This document shows, in pieces, positions 62,904 to 64,000 of a DNA stretch of 64,000 bases (positions within the stretch are counted from its first letter, which is position 1; each line of letters opens with the position of its first letter). The stretch covers positions 3,968,001-4,032,000 of the forward strand of contig CP158636.1 of the NCBI GenBank assembly GCA_050273025.1, given 5' to 3'. Source of the stretch: Cenococcum geophilum (Eukaryota). The translations under genes were made by a program, and so were the position numbers. The notes below the pieces were generated by a model. The model worked only from the letters and a program-made list of their open reading frames with translations, had not been told where the DNA came from and ran no database searches.

Positions 62904-63700
62904 TTAACCCGTCGACGTCCATCGAATATGTGGTGCGTGCGGAACACCAGAACCAGAAGTACGCGTATAGCTTATATAGATTTAATCAATACAATACCAT
63001 CAACCATACCTTCCAATCGTACTTCCAATGATATAGACCTTGTTCAGCAGACTTAATATAATGTTTAACCAAATTAGGTCGCTAAAAACTCACTACTAGA
63101 GCTATAGCTGCTGCCTGATTCTACACCTTTTTAAGTTAATGATTTTAGTAACTATAGTACACTAAATAAACTTTCTGATCTTAATCGACATGATCTGTTT
63201 ACTACATTCAATTAATTCTTTATAGATGAGATTATGGATAAGCTGGTAAAATATACCTATTAAATAATATAGGTAAAAAGTTATAGGCCTTATACAAGAA
63301 TTATCCATTAAGGATTACTGGGGTTTACATTGTTTTATATGATATTTAGTGGATATTAGGGACCTTTCGCACAAGAATATGACCCAATATTGACGCTATT
63401 TTGGCGCGCATAGCCACGTACTACCCCTAATTAAGTAGCAATCACCGAGAATCTATATATTGACGAGTTCAATATGGGTTTTAACGGCCGCTTATAGTTA
63501 GACCTTAATAACTAAGCACGTTATTTCTACTACCTCTACCCCTTTTTAACGAGTAATACTATATCAAGGTATATTTCTTCTTATAACTTTAAATTTATAA
63601 CTCCTACAAAAAATCTTTATATTATAAAGATATAGGAATTATAAAGACAAATCTAATAGTATAAAAATTATAATTTTTAAACATGTAGTTGTTAAAATAT
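62904..63700 (+). mobile_element. piggyBac-like transposon remnant (left end and degraded transposase; right end not seen)
   Basis: TTAA-CCC start at 62904-62910; F..FFIDEIMDKLVKYT ~63200-63258; LYIDEFNMGFNGR ~63453-63491, resembling the piggyBac IDE.M..F.GR catalytic motif. Confidence 0.65.
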
Positions 63701-64000
63701 AAGGATTATAAGTTCTACCGGTCGCATTAGTTTAATTCGCGATTAAAAGTTGTATTCTACCTCTCCCTTTCTACCACCAACTTTGCAATGCTATAGATCT
63801 ACCTCTGCTATGTGCATCGCCCATAGAATCTCTATAGAATATCTCATTTTGATGGGGTGGATATTGCTGGGTAACCCTGCGCGGGCCAACTGCACGGCCG
63901 TGTGGCTCGTCAACCCCTAACGTGGGTCACCAGGTTATGATGGACCACCTAGTTAACATGCGGATCGTTGGTACCCCCCAACGAAAATTTTGACCCGAGT

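Noticed and set aside
1..64000. CRISPR array, rRNA or tRNA genes
   Set aside because: Eukaryotic DNA with no regularly spaced repeat-spacer pattern; no rRNA or cloverleaf recognised by eye (a tRNA scan was not run)
57850..64000. Boundary of a Starship giant element
   Set aside because: No DUF3435 tyrosine-recombinase gene or diagnostic direct repeats visible in the window

Overview
Fungal nuclear DNA from a filamentous ascomycete (Pezizomycotina; Dothideomycete-like by inference). GC-balanced, intron-containing gene islands alternate with AT-rich transposon blocks destroyed by repeat-induced point mutation (RIP). Genes: ISA2, kynureninase, DNA polymerase alpha (POL1), oligoribonuclease, arylamine N-acetyltransferase, VPS35, a secreted Ser/Thr-rich protein, an F-box-like orphan, a TFIIIC Tfc6-like subunit, a MARCH5-like RINGv ligase, a multi-PWI-domain protein, TANGO2/NRDE, an HVA22/REEP protein, MGM101 and an MFS monocarboxylate transporter. 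Mobile DNA: a full-length Copia element (870-6047), a 15.8-kb three-level nest (hAT > Copia-like > LINE) with all three target-site duplications (TSDs) readable, two short hAT-like non-autonomous elements, a cluster of solo LTRs, a piggyBac remnant, and a family of short elements sharing a TATCCCT.../...AGGGATA flank and a TTATCGATAA core. The most novel-looking item is a predicted ~853-aa protein combining one RBM26/27-type and two Nab2-type PWI-like domains with no visible RNA-binding module. All gene identities and splice models were read by eye from motifs; no database search was run.
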